64,000 nt of DNA. It comes from Eledone cirrhosa. Taxonomy: Eukaryota. The notes under the pieces were generated by a model, which saw only the letters and a program-made list of their open reading frames with translations, did no database searches and was not told the DNA's origin. A program made the position numbers and the translations under genes. Of this stretch, positions 1 to 15,000 are shown piece after piece (within the stretch, counting starts at the first letter, position 1; every line of letters begins with the position of its first letter). The DNA is taken from assembly GCA_964016885.1 (NCBI GenBank), contig OZ024753.1, positions 25,854,001 to 25,918,000 of the forward strand, given 5' to 3'.

Positions 1-3000
1 CTGTTGGTACAATCTAGTCTTCCTACTAATAACATTAGTGTCCCTCTGGTAATGTCCATGTTGGTCCAATCTAGTCTTCCTACTAATTACATTAGTGTCC
101 ATGTAGTAATATCCCTGTTGGTACAATCTAGTCTTCCTACTAATAACATTAGTGTCTCTCTAGTAATGTCCCTGTTGGTACAATCTACTCTTCCTACTAA
201 TTACATTAGTGTCCCTCTAGTAATGTCCCTGTTGGTACGATCTAGTCATCCTACTAATAACATTAGTGTCCCTCTAGTAATGTCTCTGTTGGTACAATCT
301 AGTCTTCCTACTAATTACATTAGTGTCCCTCTAGTAATGTCCCTGTTGGTACAATCTAGTCTTCCTACCAATAACATTAGTATCTCTCTAGTAATGTCCC
401 TGTTGGTACATTCTAGTCTTCCTACTAATTACATTAGTGTCCCTCTAGTAATGTCCCTGTTGGTACATTCTAGTCTTCCTACTAATTACATTAGTGTCTC
501 TCTAGTAATGTCCCTATTGGTACAATCTAGTCTTCCTACTAATAACATTAGTATCCCTCTAGTAAAGTCCCTGTTGGTACAATCTAGTCATCCTACTAAT
601 AACATTAGTGTCTATGTAGTAATGTCCCTGTTAGTACAATCTAGTCTTCCTACTAATAACATTAGTGCCCCTCTGGTAATATCCATGTTGGTACAATCTA
701 GTCTTCCTACTAATTACATTAGTGTCCCTCTAGTAATGTCCCTGTTGGTACAATCTAGTCATCCTACTAATAACATTAGTGTCCCTCTAGTAATGTCCCT
801 GTTGGTACAATCTAGTCTTCCTACTAATAACATTAGTATCCCTCTAGTAATGTCCCTGTTGGTACAATCTAGTCTTCCTACTAATTACATTAGTGTCTCT
901 CTAGTAATGTCCCTATTGGTACAATCTAGTCTTCCTACTAATAACATCAGTATCCCTCTAGTAATGTCCCTGTTGGTACAATCTAGTCTTCCTACTAATT
1001 ACATTAGTGTCCCTCTAGTAATGTCCCTGTTGGTACAATCTAGTCTTCCTACTAATGACATTAGTGTCCCTCTAGTAATGTCCATGTTGGTACAATCTAC
1101 TCTTCCTACTAATTACATTAGTATCCCTCTAGTAATGTCCCTGTTGGTACAATCTAGTCTTCCTACTAATAACATTAGTGTCTCTCTAGTAATGTCCCTG
1201 TTGGTACAATCTAGTCTTCCTACTAATAACATTAGTGTCCCCCTAGTAATGTCCCTGTTGGTACAATCTAGTCTTCCTACTAATAACATTAGTGTCCCTC
1301 TAGTAATGTCCCTGTTGGTACAATCTACTCTTCCTACTAATAACATTAGTGTCCCTCTAGTAATGTCCCTATTGGTACAATCTTGTCTTCCTACTAATAA
1401 CATTAGTGTCCCTCTAGTAATGTCCATGTTGGTACAATCTAGTCTTCCTACTAATAACATTAGTGTCTCTCTAGTAATGTCCCTGTTGGTACAATCTAGT
1501 CATCCTACTAATTACATTAGTGTCCCTCTAGTAATGTCCTTGTTGGTACAATCTAGTCTTCCTACTAATTACATTAGTGACCCTCTAGTAATGTCCCTGT
1601 TGGTACAATCTAGTCTTCCTACTAATTACATTAGTGTCCATGTAGTAATGTCCCTGTTGGTACAATCTAGACTTCCTACTAATAACATTAGTGTTCCTCT
1701 AGTAATGTCCCTGTTGGTACAATCTAGTCTTCCTACTAATAACATTAGTGTCCCTCTAGTAATGTCCCTGTTGGTACAATCTAGTCATCCTACTAATAAC
1801 ATTAGTGTCCCTCTAGTAATGTCCCTGTTGGTACAATCTAGTCTTCCTACTAATAACATTAGTGTCCCTCTAGTAATGTCCCTGTTGGTACAATCTACTC
1901 TTCCTACTAATAACATTAGTGTCCCTCTAGTAATGTCCCTATTGGTACAATCTTGTCTTCCTACTAATAACATTAGTGTCCCTCTAGTAATGTCCATGTT
2001 GGTACAATCTAGTCTTCCTACTAATAACATTAGTGTCTCTCTAGTAATGTCCCTGTTGGTACAATCTAGTCATCCTACTAATTACATTAGTGTCCCTCTA
2101 GTAATGTCCTTGTTGGTACAATCTAGTCTTCCTACTAATTACATTAGTGACCCTCTAGTAATGTCCCTGTTGGTACAATCTAGTCTTCCTACTAATTACA
2201 TTAGTGTCCATGTAGTAATGTCCCTGTTGGTACAATCTAGACTTCCTACTAATAACATTAGTGTTCCTCTAGTAATGTCCCTGTTGGTACAATCTAGTCT
2301 TCCTACTAATAACATTAGTGTCCCTCTAGTAATGTCCCTGTTGGTACAATCTAGTCATCCTACTAATAACATTAGTGTCCCTCTAGTAATGTCCCTGTTG
2401 GTACAATCTAGTCTTCCTACTAATAACATTAGTATCCCTCTAGTAATGTCCCTGTTGGTACAATCTAGTCTTCCTACTAATTACATTAGTGTCTCTCTAG
2501 TAATGTCCCTATTGGTACAATCTAGTCTTCCTACTAATAACATCAGTATCCCTCTAGTAATGTCCCTGTTGGTACAATCTAGTCATCCTACTAATAACAT
2601 TAGTGTCCATGTAGTAATGTCCCTGTTGGTACAATCTAGTCTTCCTACTAATAACATTAGTGTCGCTCTGGTAATATCCATGTTGGTACAATCTAGTCTT
2701 CCTACTAATTACATTAGTGTCCCTCTAGTAATGTCCCTGTTGGTACAATCTAGTCATCCTACTAATAACATTAGTGTCCCTCTAGTAATGTCCATGTTGG
2801 TACAATCTAGTCTTCCTACTAATTACATTAGTGTCCCTCTAGTAATGTCCCTGTTGGTACAATCTAGTCTTCCTACTAATGACATTAGTGTCCCTCTAGT
2901 AATGTCCATGTTGGTACAATCTACTCTTCCTACTAATTACATTAGTATCCCTCTAGTAATGTCCCTGTTGGTACAATCTAGTCTTCCTACTAATAACATT

Positions 3001-6000
3001 AGTGTCTCTCTAGTAATGTCCCTGTTGGTACAATCTAGTCTTCCTACTAATAACATTAGTGTCCCCCAAGTAATGTCCCTGTTGGTACAATCTAGTCTTC
3101 CTACTAATAACATTAGTGTCCCTCTAGTAATGTCCCTGTTGGTACAATCTACTCTTCCTACTAATAACATTAGTGTCCCTCTAGTAATGTCCCTATTGGT
3201 ACAATCTTGTCTTCCTACTAATAACATTAGTGTCCCTCTAGTAATGTCCATGTTGGTACAATCTAGTCTTCCTACTAATAACATTAGTGTCTCTCTAGTA
3301 ATGTCCCTGTTGGTACAATCTAGTCATCCTACTAATTACATTAGTGTCCCTCTAGTAATGTCCTTGTTGGTACAATCTAGTCTTCCTACTAATTACATTA
3401 GTGACCCTCTAGTAATGTCCCTGTTGGTACAATCTAGTCTTCCTACTAATTACATTAGTGTCCATGTAGTAATGTCCCTGTTGGTACAATCTAGACTTCC
3501 TACTAATAACATTAGTGTTCCTCTAGTAATGTCCCTGTTGGTACAATCTAGTCTTCCTACTAATAACATTAGTGTCCCTCTAGTAATGTCCCTGTTGGTA
3601 CAATCTAGTCTTCCTACTAATGACATTAGTGTCCATGTAGTAATGTCCCTGTTGGTACAATATAGTCTTCCTACTAATTACATTAGTGTCCCTCTAGTAA
3701 TGTCCCTGTTGGTACAATCTAGTCTTCCTACTAATGACATTAGTGTCTCTCTAGTAATGTCCCTATTGGTACATTCTAGTCTTTCTACTAATAACATTAG
3801 TGTCCCTCTAATAATATCCCTATTGGTACAATCTAGTCTTCCTACTAATAACATTAGTGTCTCTCTAGTAATGTCCCTATTGGTACATTCTAGTCTTTCT
3901 ACTAATAGCATTAGTGTCCCTCTAATAATATCCCTATTGGTACAATCTAGTCTTCCTACTAATAACATTAGTGTCCCTCTAATAATATCCCTATTGGTAC
4001 AATCTAGTCTTCCTACTAATAACATTAGTGTCTCTCTAGTAATGTCCCTATTGGTACATTCTAGTCTTTCTACTAATAACATTAGTGTCCCTCTAATAAT
4101 ATCCCTATTGGTACAATCTAGTCTTCCTACTAATAACATTAGTGTCCCTCTAGTAATGTCCCTGTTGGTACAATCTAGTCTTCCTACTAATAACATTAGT
4201 GTCTCTCTAGTGATGTCCCTATTGGTACATTCTAGTCTTTCTACTAATAACATTAGTGTCCCTCTAGTAATGTCCCTGTTGGTACAATCTAGTCTTCCTA
4301 CTAATGACATTAGAGTCTCTCTAGTAATGTCCCTGTTGGTACAATCTAGTCTTCCTACTAATTACATTAGTTTCACTCTAGTAATGTCCCTGTTGGTACA
4401 ATCTAGTCTTCCTACTAATTACATTAGTTTCACTCTAGTAATGTCCCTGTTGGTACAATCTACTCTTCCTACTAATAACATTAGTGTCCCTCTACTAATG
4501 TCCATGTTGGTACAATCTAGTCTTCCTACTAATTAGATTAGTATCCCTCTAGTAATGTCCCTGTTGGTACAATCTAGTCTTCCTACTAATAACATTAGTG
4601 TCCCTCTAGTAATGTCCATGTTGGTACAATCTAGTCTTCCTACTAATAACATTGGTGTCCCTCTAGTAATGTCCCTATTGGTACAATCTAGTCATCCTAG
4701 TAATAACATTCGTGTTCCTCTAGTAATGTCCCTGTTGGTACAATCTAGTCTTCCTACTAATAACATTGGTGTCCCTCTAGTAATGTCCCTGTTGGTACAA
4801 TGTACTCTTCCTACTAATAACATTAGTGTCCCTCTAGTAATGTCCCTATTGGTACAATCTAGTCTTCCTACTAATTACATTAGTGTCCCTCTAGTAATGT
4901 CTCTGTTGGTACAATCTACTCTTCCTACTAATAATATTAGTGTCCCTCTAGTAATGTCCATGTTGGTACAATCTATTCTTCCTACTAATTACATTAGTGT
5001 CTCTCTAGTAATGTCCCTATTGGTACAATCTAGTCTTCCTACTAATAACATTAGTGTCCCTCTAGTAATGTCTCTGTTGGTACAATCTAGTCTTCCTACT
5101 AATTACATTAGTGTCCATGTAGTAATTTCCCTGTTGGTACAATCTAGTCTTCCTACTAATAACATTAGTGTCCCTCTAGTAATGTCCCTGTTGGTACATT
5201 CTAGTCTTCCTACTAATTACATTAGTGTCCATGTAGTAGTGTCCCTGTTGGTACAATCTAGTCTTCCTACTAATAACATTAGTGTCCCTCTAGTAATGTC
5301 CCTGTTGGTACAATCTAGTCTTCCTACTAATTACATTAGTGTCCATGTAGTAGTGTCCCTGTTGGTACAATCTAGTCTTCCTACTAATGACATTAGTGTC
5401 CCTCTAGTAATGTCCCTGTTGGTACATTCTAGTCTTCTTACTAATTACATTAGTGTCTCTCTAGTAATGTCCCTATTGGTACAATCTAGTCTTCCTACTA
5501 ATAACATTAGTGTCCCCTAGTAATGTCTCTGTTGGTACAATCTAGTCTTCCTACTAATTACATTAGTGTCCATGTAGTAATTTCCCTGTTGGTAAATCTA
5601 GTCTTCCTACTAATATCATTAGTGTCCCTCTAGTAATGTCCCTGTTGGTACAATCTAGTCTTCCTACTAATAACATTAGTGTTCCTCTAGTAATGTCCCT
5701 GTTGGTACAATCTAGTCTTCCTACTAATTACATTAGTGTCCATGTAGTAATGTCCCTGTTGGTACAATCTAGTCTTCCTACTAATTACATTAGTGTCCAT
5801 GTAGTAATGTCCCTGTTGGTACAATCTAGTCTTCCTACTAATTACATTAGTGTCCCTCTAGTAATGTCCCTGTCGGTACAATCTAGTCTTCCTACTAATG
5901 ACATTAGTGTCCATGTAGTAATGTCCCTGTTGGTACAATCTAGTCTTCCTACTAATTATATTAGTCTCCATGTAGTAATGTCCCTGTTGGTACAATCTAG

Positions 6001-9000
6001 TCTTCCTACTAATAACATTAGTGTCCCTCTAGTAATGTCCCTGTTGGTACAATCTAGTCTTCCTACTAATTATATTAGTCTCCATGTAGTAATGTCCCTG
6101 TTGGTACAATCTAGTCTTCCTACTAATAACATTAGTGTCCCTCTAGTAATGTCCCTGTTGGTACAATCTAGTCTTCCTACTAATTACATTAGTGTCCCTC
6201 TAGTAATGTCCATGTTGGTACAATCTAGTCTTCCTACTAATAACATTAGTGTCCCTCTAATAATGTCCCTATTGGTACAATCTAGTCTTCCTACTAATTA
6301 CATTAGTCTCCCTCTAGTAAAGTCCCTGTTGGTACAATCTAGTCATCCTACTAATAACATTAGTGTCTATGTAGTAATGTCCCTGTTAGTACAATCTAGT
6401 CTTCCTACTAATAACATTAGTGCCCCTCTGGTAATATCCATGTTGGTACAATCTAGTCTTCCTACTAATTACATTAGTGTCCCTCTAGTAATGTCCCTGT
6501 TGGTACAATCTAGTCATCCTACTAATAACATTAGTGTCCCTCTAGTAATGTCCCTGTTGGTACAATCTAGTCTTCCTACTAATAACATTAGTATCCCTCT
6601 AGTAATGTCCCTGTTGGTACAATCTAGTCTTCCTACTAATTACATTAGTGTCTCTCTAGTAATGTCCCTATTGGTACAATCTAGTCTTCCTACTAATAAC
6701 ATTAGTATCCCTCTAGTAATGTCCCTGTTGGTACAATCTAGTCATCCTACTAATAACATTAGTGTCCATGTAGTAATGTCCCTGTTGGTACAATCTAGTC
6801 TTCCTACTAATAACATTAGTGTCCCTCTGGTAATATCCATGTTGGTACAATCTAGTCTTCCTACTAATTACATTAGTGTCCCTCTAGTAATGTCCCTGTT
6901 GGTACAATCTAGTCTTCCTACTAATGACATTAGTGTCCCTCTAGTAATGTCCATGTTGGTACAATCTACTCTTCCTACTAATTACATTAGTATCCCTCTA
7001 GTAATGTCCCTGTTGGTACAATCTAGTCTTCCTACTAATAACATTAGTGTCTCTCTAGTAATGTCCCTGTTGGTACAATCTAGTCTTCCTACTAATAACA
7101 TTAGTGTCCCCCTAGTAATGTCCCTGTTGGTACAATCTAGTCTTCCTACTAATAACATTAGTGTCCCTCTAGTAATGTCCCTGTTGGTACAATCTACTCT
7201 TCCTACTAATAACATTAGTGTCCCTCTAGTAATGTCCCTATTGGTACAATCTTGTCTTCCTACTAATAACATTAGTGTCCCTCTAGTAATGTCCATGTTG
7301 GTACAATCTAGTCTTCCTACTAATAACATTAGTGTCTCTCTAGTAATGTCCCTGTTGGTACAATCTAGTCATCCTACTAATTACATTAGTGTCCCTCTAG
7401 TAATGTCCTTGTTGGTACAATCTAGTCTTCCTACTAATTACATTAGTGACCCTCTAGTAATGTCCCTGTTGGTACAATCTAGTCTTCCTACTAATTACAT
7501 TAGTGTCCATGTAGTAATGTCCCTGTTGGTACAATCTAGACTTCCTACTAATAACATTAGTGTTCCTCTAGTAATGTCCCTGTTGGTACAATCTAGTCTT
7601 CCTACTAATAACATTAGTGTCCCTCTAGTAATGTCCCTGTTGGTACAATCTAGTCTTCCTACTAATGACATTAGTGTCCATGTAGTAATGTCCCTGTTGG
7701 TACAATATAGTCTTCCTACTAATTACATTAGTGTCCCTCTAGTAATGTCCCTGTTGGTACAATCTAGTCTTCCTACTAATGACATTAGTGTCTCTCTAGT
7801 AATGTCCCTATTGGTACATTCTAGTCTTTCTACTAATAACATTAGTGTCCCTCTAATAATATCCCTATTGGTACAATCTAGTCTTCCTACTAATAACATT
7901 AGTGTCTCTCTAGTAATGTCCCTATTGGTACATTCTAGTCTTTCTACTAATAACATTAGTGTCCCTCTAATAATATCCCTATTGGTACAATCTAGTCTTC
8001 CTACTAATAACATTAGTGTCCCTCTAATAATATCCCTATTGGTACAATCTAGTCTTCCTACTAATAACATTAGTGTCTCTCTAGTAATGTCCCTATTGGT
8101 ACATTCTAGTCTTTCTACTAATAACATTAGTGTCCCTCTAATAATATCCCTATTGGTACAATCTAGTCTTCCTACTAATAACATTAGTGTCCCTCTAGTA
8201 ATGTCCCTGTTGGTACAATCTAGTCTTCCTACTAATAACATTAGTGTCTCTCTAGTGATGTCCCTATTGGTACATTCTAGTCTTTCTACTAATAACATTA
8301 GTGTCCCTCTAGTAATGTCCCTGTTGGTACAATCTAGTCTTCCTACTAATGACATTAGAGTCACTCTAGTAATGTCCCTGTTGATACAATCTAGTCTTCC
8401 TACTAATTACATTAGTTTCACTCTAGTAATGTCCCTGTTGGTACAATCTAGTCTTCCTACTAATTACATTAGTTTCACTCTAGTAATGTCCCTGTTGGTA
8501 CAATCTACTCTTCCTACTAATAACATTAGTGTCCCTCTACTAATGTCCATGTTGGTACAATCTAGTCTTCCTACTAATTAGATTAGTATCCCTCTAGTAA
8601 TGTCCCTGTTGGTACAATCTAGTCTTCCTACTAATAACATTAGTGTCCCTCTAGTAATGTCCATGTTGGTACAATCTAGTCTTCCTACTAATAACATTGG
8701 TGTCCCTCTAGTAATGTCCCTATTGGTACAATCTAGTCATCCTAGTAATAACATTCGTGTTCCTCTAGTAATGTCCCTGTTGGTACAATCTAGTCTTCCT
8801 ACTAATAACATTGGTGTCCCTCTAGTAATGTCCCTGTTGGTACAATGTACTCTTCCTACTAATAACATTAGTGTCCCTCTAGTAATGTCCCTATTGGTAC
8901 AATCTAGTCTTCCTACTAATTACATTAGTGTCCCTCTAGTAATGTCTCTGTTGGTACAATCTACTCTTCCTACTAATAATATTAGTGTCCCTCTAGTAAT

Positions 9001-12000
9001 GTCCATGTTGGTACAATCTATTCTTCCTACTAATTACATTAGTGTCTCTCTAGTAATGTCCCTATTGGTACAATCTAGTCTTCCTACTAATAACATTAGT
9101 GTCCCTCTAGTAATGTCTCTGTTGGTACAATCTAGTCTTCCTACTAATTACATTAGTGTCCCTCTAGTAATGTCCCTGTTGGTACAATCTAGTCTTCCTA
9201 CTAATTACATTAGTGTCCATGTAGTAGTGTCCCTGTTGGTACAATCTAGTCTTCCTACTAATAACATTAGTGTCCCTCTAGTAATGTCCCTGTTGGTACA
9301 ATCTAGTCTTCCTACTAATAACATTAGTGTCCCTCTAGTAATGTCCATGTTGGTACAATCTAGTCTTCCTACTAATAACATTGGTGTCCCTCTAGTAATG
9401 TCCCTATTGGTACAATCTAGTCATCCTAGTAATAACATTCGTGTTCCTCTAGTAATGTCCCTGTTGGTACAATCTAGTCTTCCTACTAATAACATTGGTG
9501 TCCCTCTAGTAATGTCCCTGTTGGTACAATGTACTCTTCCTACTAATAACATTAGTGTCCCTCTAGTAATGTCCCTATTGGTACAATCTAGTCTTCCTAC
9601 TAATTACATTAGTGTCCCTCTAGTAATGTCTCTGTTGGTACAATCTACTCTTCCTACTAATAATATTAGTGTCCCTCTAGTAATGTCCATGTTGGTACAA
9701 TCTATTCTTCCTACTAATTACATTAGTGTCTCTCTAGTAATGTCCCTATTGGTACAATCTAGTCTTCCTACTAATAACATTAGTGTCCCTCTAGTAATGT
9801 CTCTGTTGGTACAATCTAGTCTTCCTACTAATTACATTAGTGTCCATGTAGTAATTTCCCTGTTGGTACAATCTAGTCTTCCTACTAATAACATTAGTGT
9901 CCCTCTAGTAATGTCCCTGTTGGTACAATCTAGTCTTCCTACTAATTACATTAGTGTCCATGTAGTAGTGTCCCTGTTGGTACAATCTAGTCTTCCTACT
10001 AATAACATTAGTGTCCCTCTAGTAATGTCCCTGTTGGTACAATCTAGTCTTCCTACTAATTACATTAGTGTCCATGTAGTAGTGTCCCTGTTGGTACAAT
10101 CTAGTCTTCCTACTAATGACATTAGTGTCCCTCTAGTAATGTCCCTGTTGGTACATTCTAGTCTTCTTACTAATTACATTAGTGTCTCTCTAGTAATGTC
10201 CCTATTGGTACAATCTAGTCTTCCTACTAATAACATTAGTGTCCCCTAGTAATGTCTCTGTTGGTACAATCTAGTCTTCCTACTAATTACATTAGTGTCC
10301 ATGTAGTAATTTCCCTGTTGGTACAATCTAGTCTTCCTACTAATATCATTAGTGTCCCTCTAGTAATGTCCCTGTTGGTACAATCTAGTCTTCCTACTAA
10401 TAACATTAGTGTTCCTCTAGTAATGTCCCTGTTGGTACAATCTAGTCTTCCTACTAATTACATTAGTGTCCATGTAGTAATGTCCCTGTTGGTACAATCT
10501 AGTCTTCCTACTAATTACATTAGTGTCCATGTAGTAATGTCCCTGTTGGTACAATCTAGTCTTCCTACTAATTACATTAGTGTCCCTCTAGTAATGTCCC
10601 TGTCGGTACAATCTAGTCTTCCTACTAATGACATTAGTGTCCATGTAGTAATGTCCCTGTTGGTACAATCTAGTCTTCCTACTAATTATATTAGTCTCCA
10701 TGTAGTAATGTCCCTGTTGGTACAATCTAGTCTTCCTACTAATAACATTAGTGTCCCTCTAGTAATGTCCCTGTTGGTACAATCTAGTCTTCCTACTAAT
10801 TATATTAGTCTCCATGTAGTAATGTCCCTGTTGGTACAATCTAGTCTTCCTACTAATAACATTAGTGTCCCTCTAGTAATGTCCCTGTTGGTACAATCTA
10901 GTCTTCCTACTAATTACATTAGTGTCCCTCTAGTAATGTCCATGTTGGTACAATCTAGTCTTCCTACTAATAACATTAGTGTCCCTCTAATAATGTCCCT
11001 ATTGGTACAATCTAGTCTTCCTACTAATTACATTAGTCTCCCTCTAGTAAAGTCCCTGTTGGTACAATCTAGTCATCCTACTAATAACATTAGTGTCTAT
11101 GTAGTAATGTCCCTGTTAGTACAATCTAGTCTTCCTACTAATAACATTAGTGCCCCTCTGGTAATATCCATGTTGGTACAATCTAGTCTTCCTACTAATT
11201 ACATTAGTGTCCCTCTAGTAATGTCCCTGTTGGTACAATCTAGTCATCCTACTAATAACATTAGTGTCCCTCTAGTAATGTCCCTGTTGGTACAATCTAG
11301 TCTTCCTACTAATAACATTAGTATCCCTCTAGTAATGTCCCTGTTGGTACAATCTAGTCTTCCTACTAATTACATTAGTGTCTCTCTAGTAATGTCCCTA
11401 TTGGTACAATCTAGTCTTCCTACTAATAACATTAGTATCCCTCTAGTAATGTCCCTGTTGGTACAATCTAGTCATCCTACTAATAACATTAGTGTCCATG
11501 TAGTAATGTCCCTGTTGGTACAATCTAGTCTTCCTACTAATAAAATTAGTGTCCCTCTGGTAATATCCATGTTGGTACAATCTAGTCTTCCTACTAATTA
11601 CATTAGTGTCCCTCTAGTAATGTCCCTGTTGGTACAATCTAGTCATCCTACTAATAACATTAGTGTCCCTCTAGTAATGTCCATGTTGGTACAATCTAGT
11701 CTTCCTACTAATTACATTAGTGTCCCTCTAGTAATGTCCCTGTTGGTACAATCTAGTCTTCCTACTAATTACATTAGTGTCTCTCTAGTAATGTCCCTAT
11801 TGGTACAATCTAGTCTTCCTACTAATAACATCAGTATCCCTCTAGTAATGTCCCTGTTGGTACAATCTAGTCTTCCTACTAATTACATTAGTGTCCCTCT
11901 AGTAATGTCCCTGTTGGTACAATCTAGTCTTCCTACTAATGACATTAGTGTCCCTCTAGTAATGTCCATGTTGGTACAATCTACTCTTCCTACTAATTAC

Positions 12001-15000
12001 ATTAGTATCCCTCTAGTAATGTCCCTGTTGGTACAATCTAGTCTTCCTACTAATAACATTAGTGTCTCTCTAGTAATGTCCCTGTTGGTACAATCTAGTC
12101 TTCCTACTAATAACATTAGTGTCCCCCTAGTAATGTCCCTGTTGGTACAATCTAGTCTTCCTACTAATAACATTAGTGTCCCTCTAGTAATGTCCCTGTT
12201 GGTACAATCTACTCTTCCTACTAATAACATTAGTGTCCCTCTAGTAATGTCCCTATTGGTACAATCTTGTCTTCCTACTAATAACATTAGTGTCCCTCTA
12301 GTAATGTCCATGTTGGTACAATCTAGTCTTCCTACTAATAACATTAGTGTCTCTCTAGTAATGTCCCTGTTGGTACAATCTAGTCATCCTACTAATTACA
12401 TTAGTGTCCCTCTAGTAATGTCCTTGTTGGTACAATCTAGTCTTCCTACTAATTACATTAGTGACCCTCTAGTAATGTCCCTGTTGGTACAATCTAGTCT
12501 TCCTACTAATTACATTAGTGTCCATGTAGTAATGTCCCTGTTGGTACAATCTAGACTTCCTACTAATAACATTAGTGTTCCTCTAGTAATGTCCCTGTTG
12601 GTACAATCTAGTCTTCCTACTAATAACATTAGTGTCCCTCTAGTAATGTCCCTGTTGGTACAATCTAGTCATCCTACTAATAACATTAGTGTCCCTCTAG
12701 TAATGTCCCTGTTGGTACAATCTAGTCTTCCTACTAATAACATTAGTGTCCCTCTAGTAATGTCCCTGTTGGTACAATCTACTCTTCCTACTAATAACAT
12801 TAGTGTCCCTCTAGTAATGTCCCTATTGGTACAATCTTGTCTTCCTACTAATAACATTAGTGTCCCTCTAGTAATGTCCATGTTGGTACAATCTAGTCTT
12901 CCTACTAATAACATTAGTGTCTCTCTAGTAATGTCCCTGTTGGTACAATCTAGTCATCCTACTAATTACATTAGTGTCCCTCTAGTAATGTCCTTGTTGG
13001 TACAATCTAGTCTTCCTACTAATTACATTAGTGACCCTCTAGTAATGTCCCTGTTGGTACAATCTAGTCTTCCTACTAATTACATTAGTGTCCATGTAGT
13101 AATGTCCCTGTTGGTACAATCTAGACTTCCTACTAATAACATTAGTGTTCCTCTAGTAATGTCCCTGTTGGTACAATCTAGTCTTCCTACTAATAACATT
13201 AGTGTCCCTCTAGTAATGTCCCTGTTGGTACAATCTAGTCATCCTACTAATAACATTAGTGTCCCTCTAGTAATGTCCCTGTTGGTACAATCTAGTCTTC
13301 CTACTAATAAAATTAGTATCCCTCTAGTAATGTCCCTGTTGGTACAATCTAGTCTTCCTACTAATTACATTAGTGTCTCTCTAGTAATGTCCCTATTGGT
13401 ACAATCTAGTCTTCCTACTAATAACATCAGTATCCCTCTAGTAATGTCCCTGTTGGTACAATCTAGTCATCCTACTAATAACATTAGTGTCCATGTAGTA
13501 ATGTCCCTGTTGGTACAATCTAGTCTTCCTACTAATAACATTAGTGTCGCTCTGGTAATATCCATGTTGGTACAATCTAGTCTTCCTACTAATTACATTA
13601 GTGTCCCTCTAGTAATGTCCCTGTTGGTACAATCTAGTCATCCTACTAATAACATTAGTGTCCCTCTAGTAATGTCCATGTTGGTACAATCTAGTCTTCC
13701 TACTAATTACATTAGTGTCCCTCTAGTAATGTCCCTGTTGGTACAATCTAGTCTTCCTACTAATGACATTAGTGTCCCTCTAGTAATGTCCATGTTGGTA
13801 CAATCTACTCTTCCTACTAATTACATTAGTATCCCTCTAGTAATGTCCCTGTTGGTACAATCTAGTCTTCCTACTAATAACATTAGTGTCTCTCTAGTAA
13901 TGTCCCTGTTGGTACAATCTAGTCTTCCTACTAATAACATTAGTGTCCCCCTAGTAATGTCCCTGTTGGTACAATCTAGTCTTCCTACTAATAACATTAG
14001 TGTCCCTCTAGTAATGTCCCTGTTGGTACAATCTACTCTTCCTACTAATAACATTAGTGTCCCTCTAGTAATGTCCCTATTGGTACAATCTTGTCTTCCT
14101 ACTAATAACATTAGTGTCCCTCTAGTAATGTCCATGTTGGTACAATCTAGTCTTCCTACTAATAACATTAGTGTCTCTCTAGTAATGTCCCTGTTGGTAC
14201 AATCTAGTCATCCTACTAATTACATTAGTGTCCCTCTAGTAATGTCCTTGTTGGTACAATCTAGTCTTCCTACTAATTACATTAGTGACCCTCTAGTAAT
14301 GTCCCTGTTGGTACAATCTAGTCTTCCTACTAATTACATTAGTGTCCATGTAGTAATGTCCCTGTTGGTACAATCTAGACTTCCTACTAATAACATTAGT
14401 GTTCCTCTAGTAATGTCCCTGTTGGTACAATCTAGTCTTCCTACTAATAACATTAGTGTCCCTCTAGTAATGTCCCTGTTGGTACAATCTAGTCTTCCTA
14501 CTAATGACATTAGTGTCCATGTAGTAATGTCCCTGTTGGTACAATATAGTCTTCCTACTAATTACATTAGTGTCCCTCTAGTAATGTCCCTGTTGGTACA
14601 ATCTAGTCTTCCTACTAATGACATTAGTGTCTCTCTAGTAATGTCCCTATTGGTACATTCTAGTCTTTCTACTAATAACATTAGTGTCCCTCTAATAATA
14701 TCCCTATTGGTACAATCTAGTCTTCCTACTAATAACATTAGTGTCTCTCTAGTAATGTCCCTATTGGTACATTCTAGTCTTTCTACTAATAGCATTAGTG
14801 TCCCTCTAATAATATCCCTATTGGTACAATCTAGTCTTCCTACTAATAACATTAGTGTCCCTCTAATAATATCCCTATTGGTACAATCTAGTCTTCCTAC
14901 TAATAACATTAGTGTCTCTCTAGTAATGTCCCTATTGGTACATTCTAGTCTTTCTACTAATAACATTAGTGTCCCTCTAATAATATCCCTATTGGTACAA

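Noticed and set aside
5590-5600. 1-bp deletion (GGTAAATC) unique to the first HOR copy
   Set aside because: Singleton; cannot be distinguished from a sequencing error.
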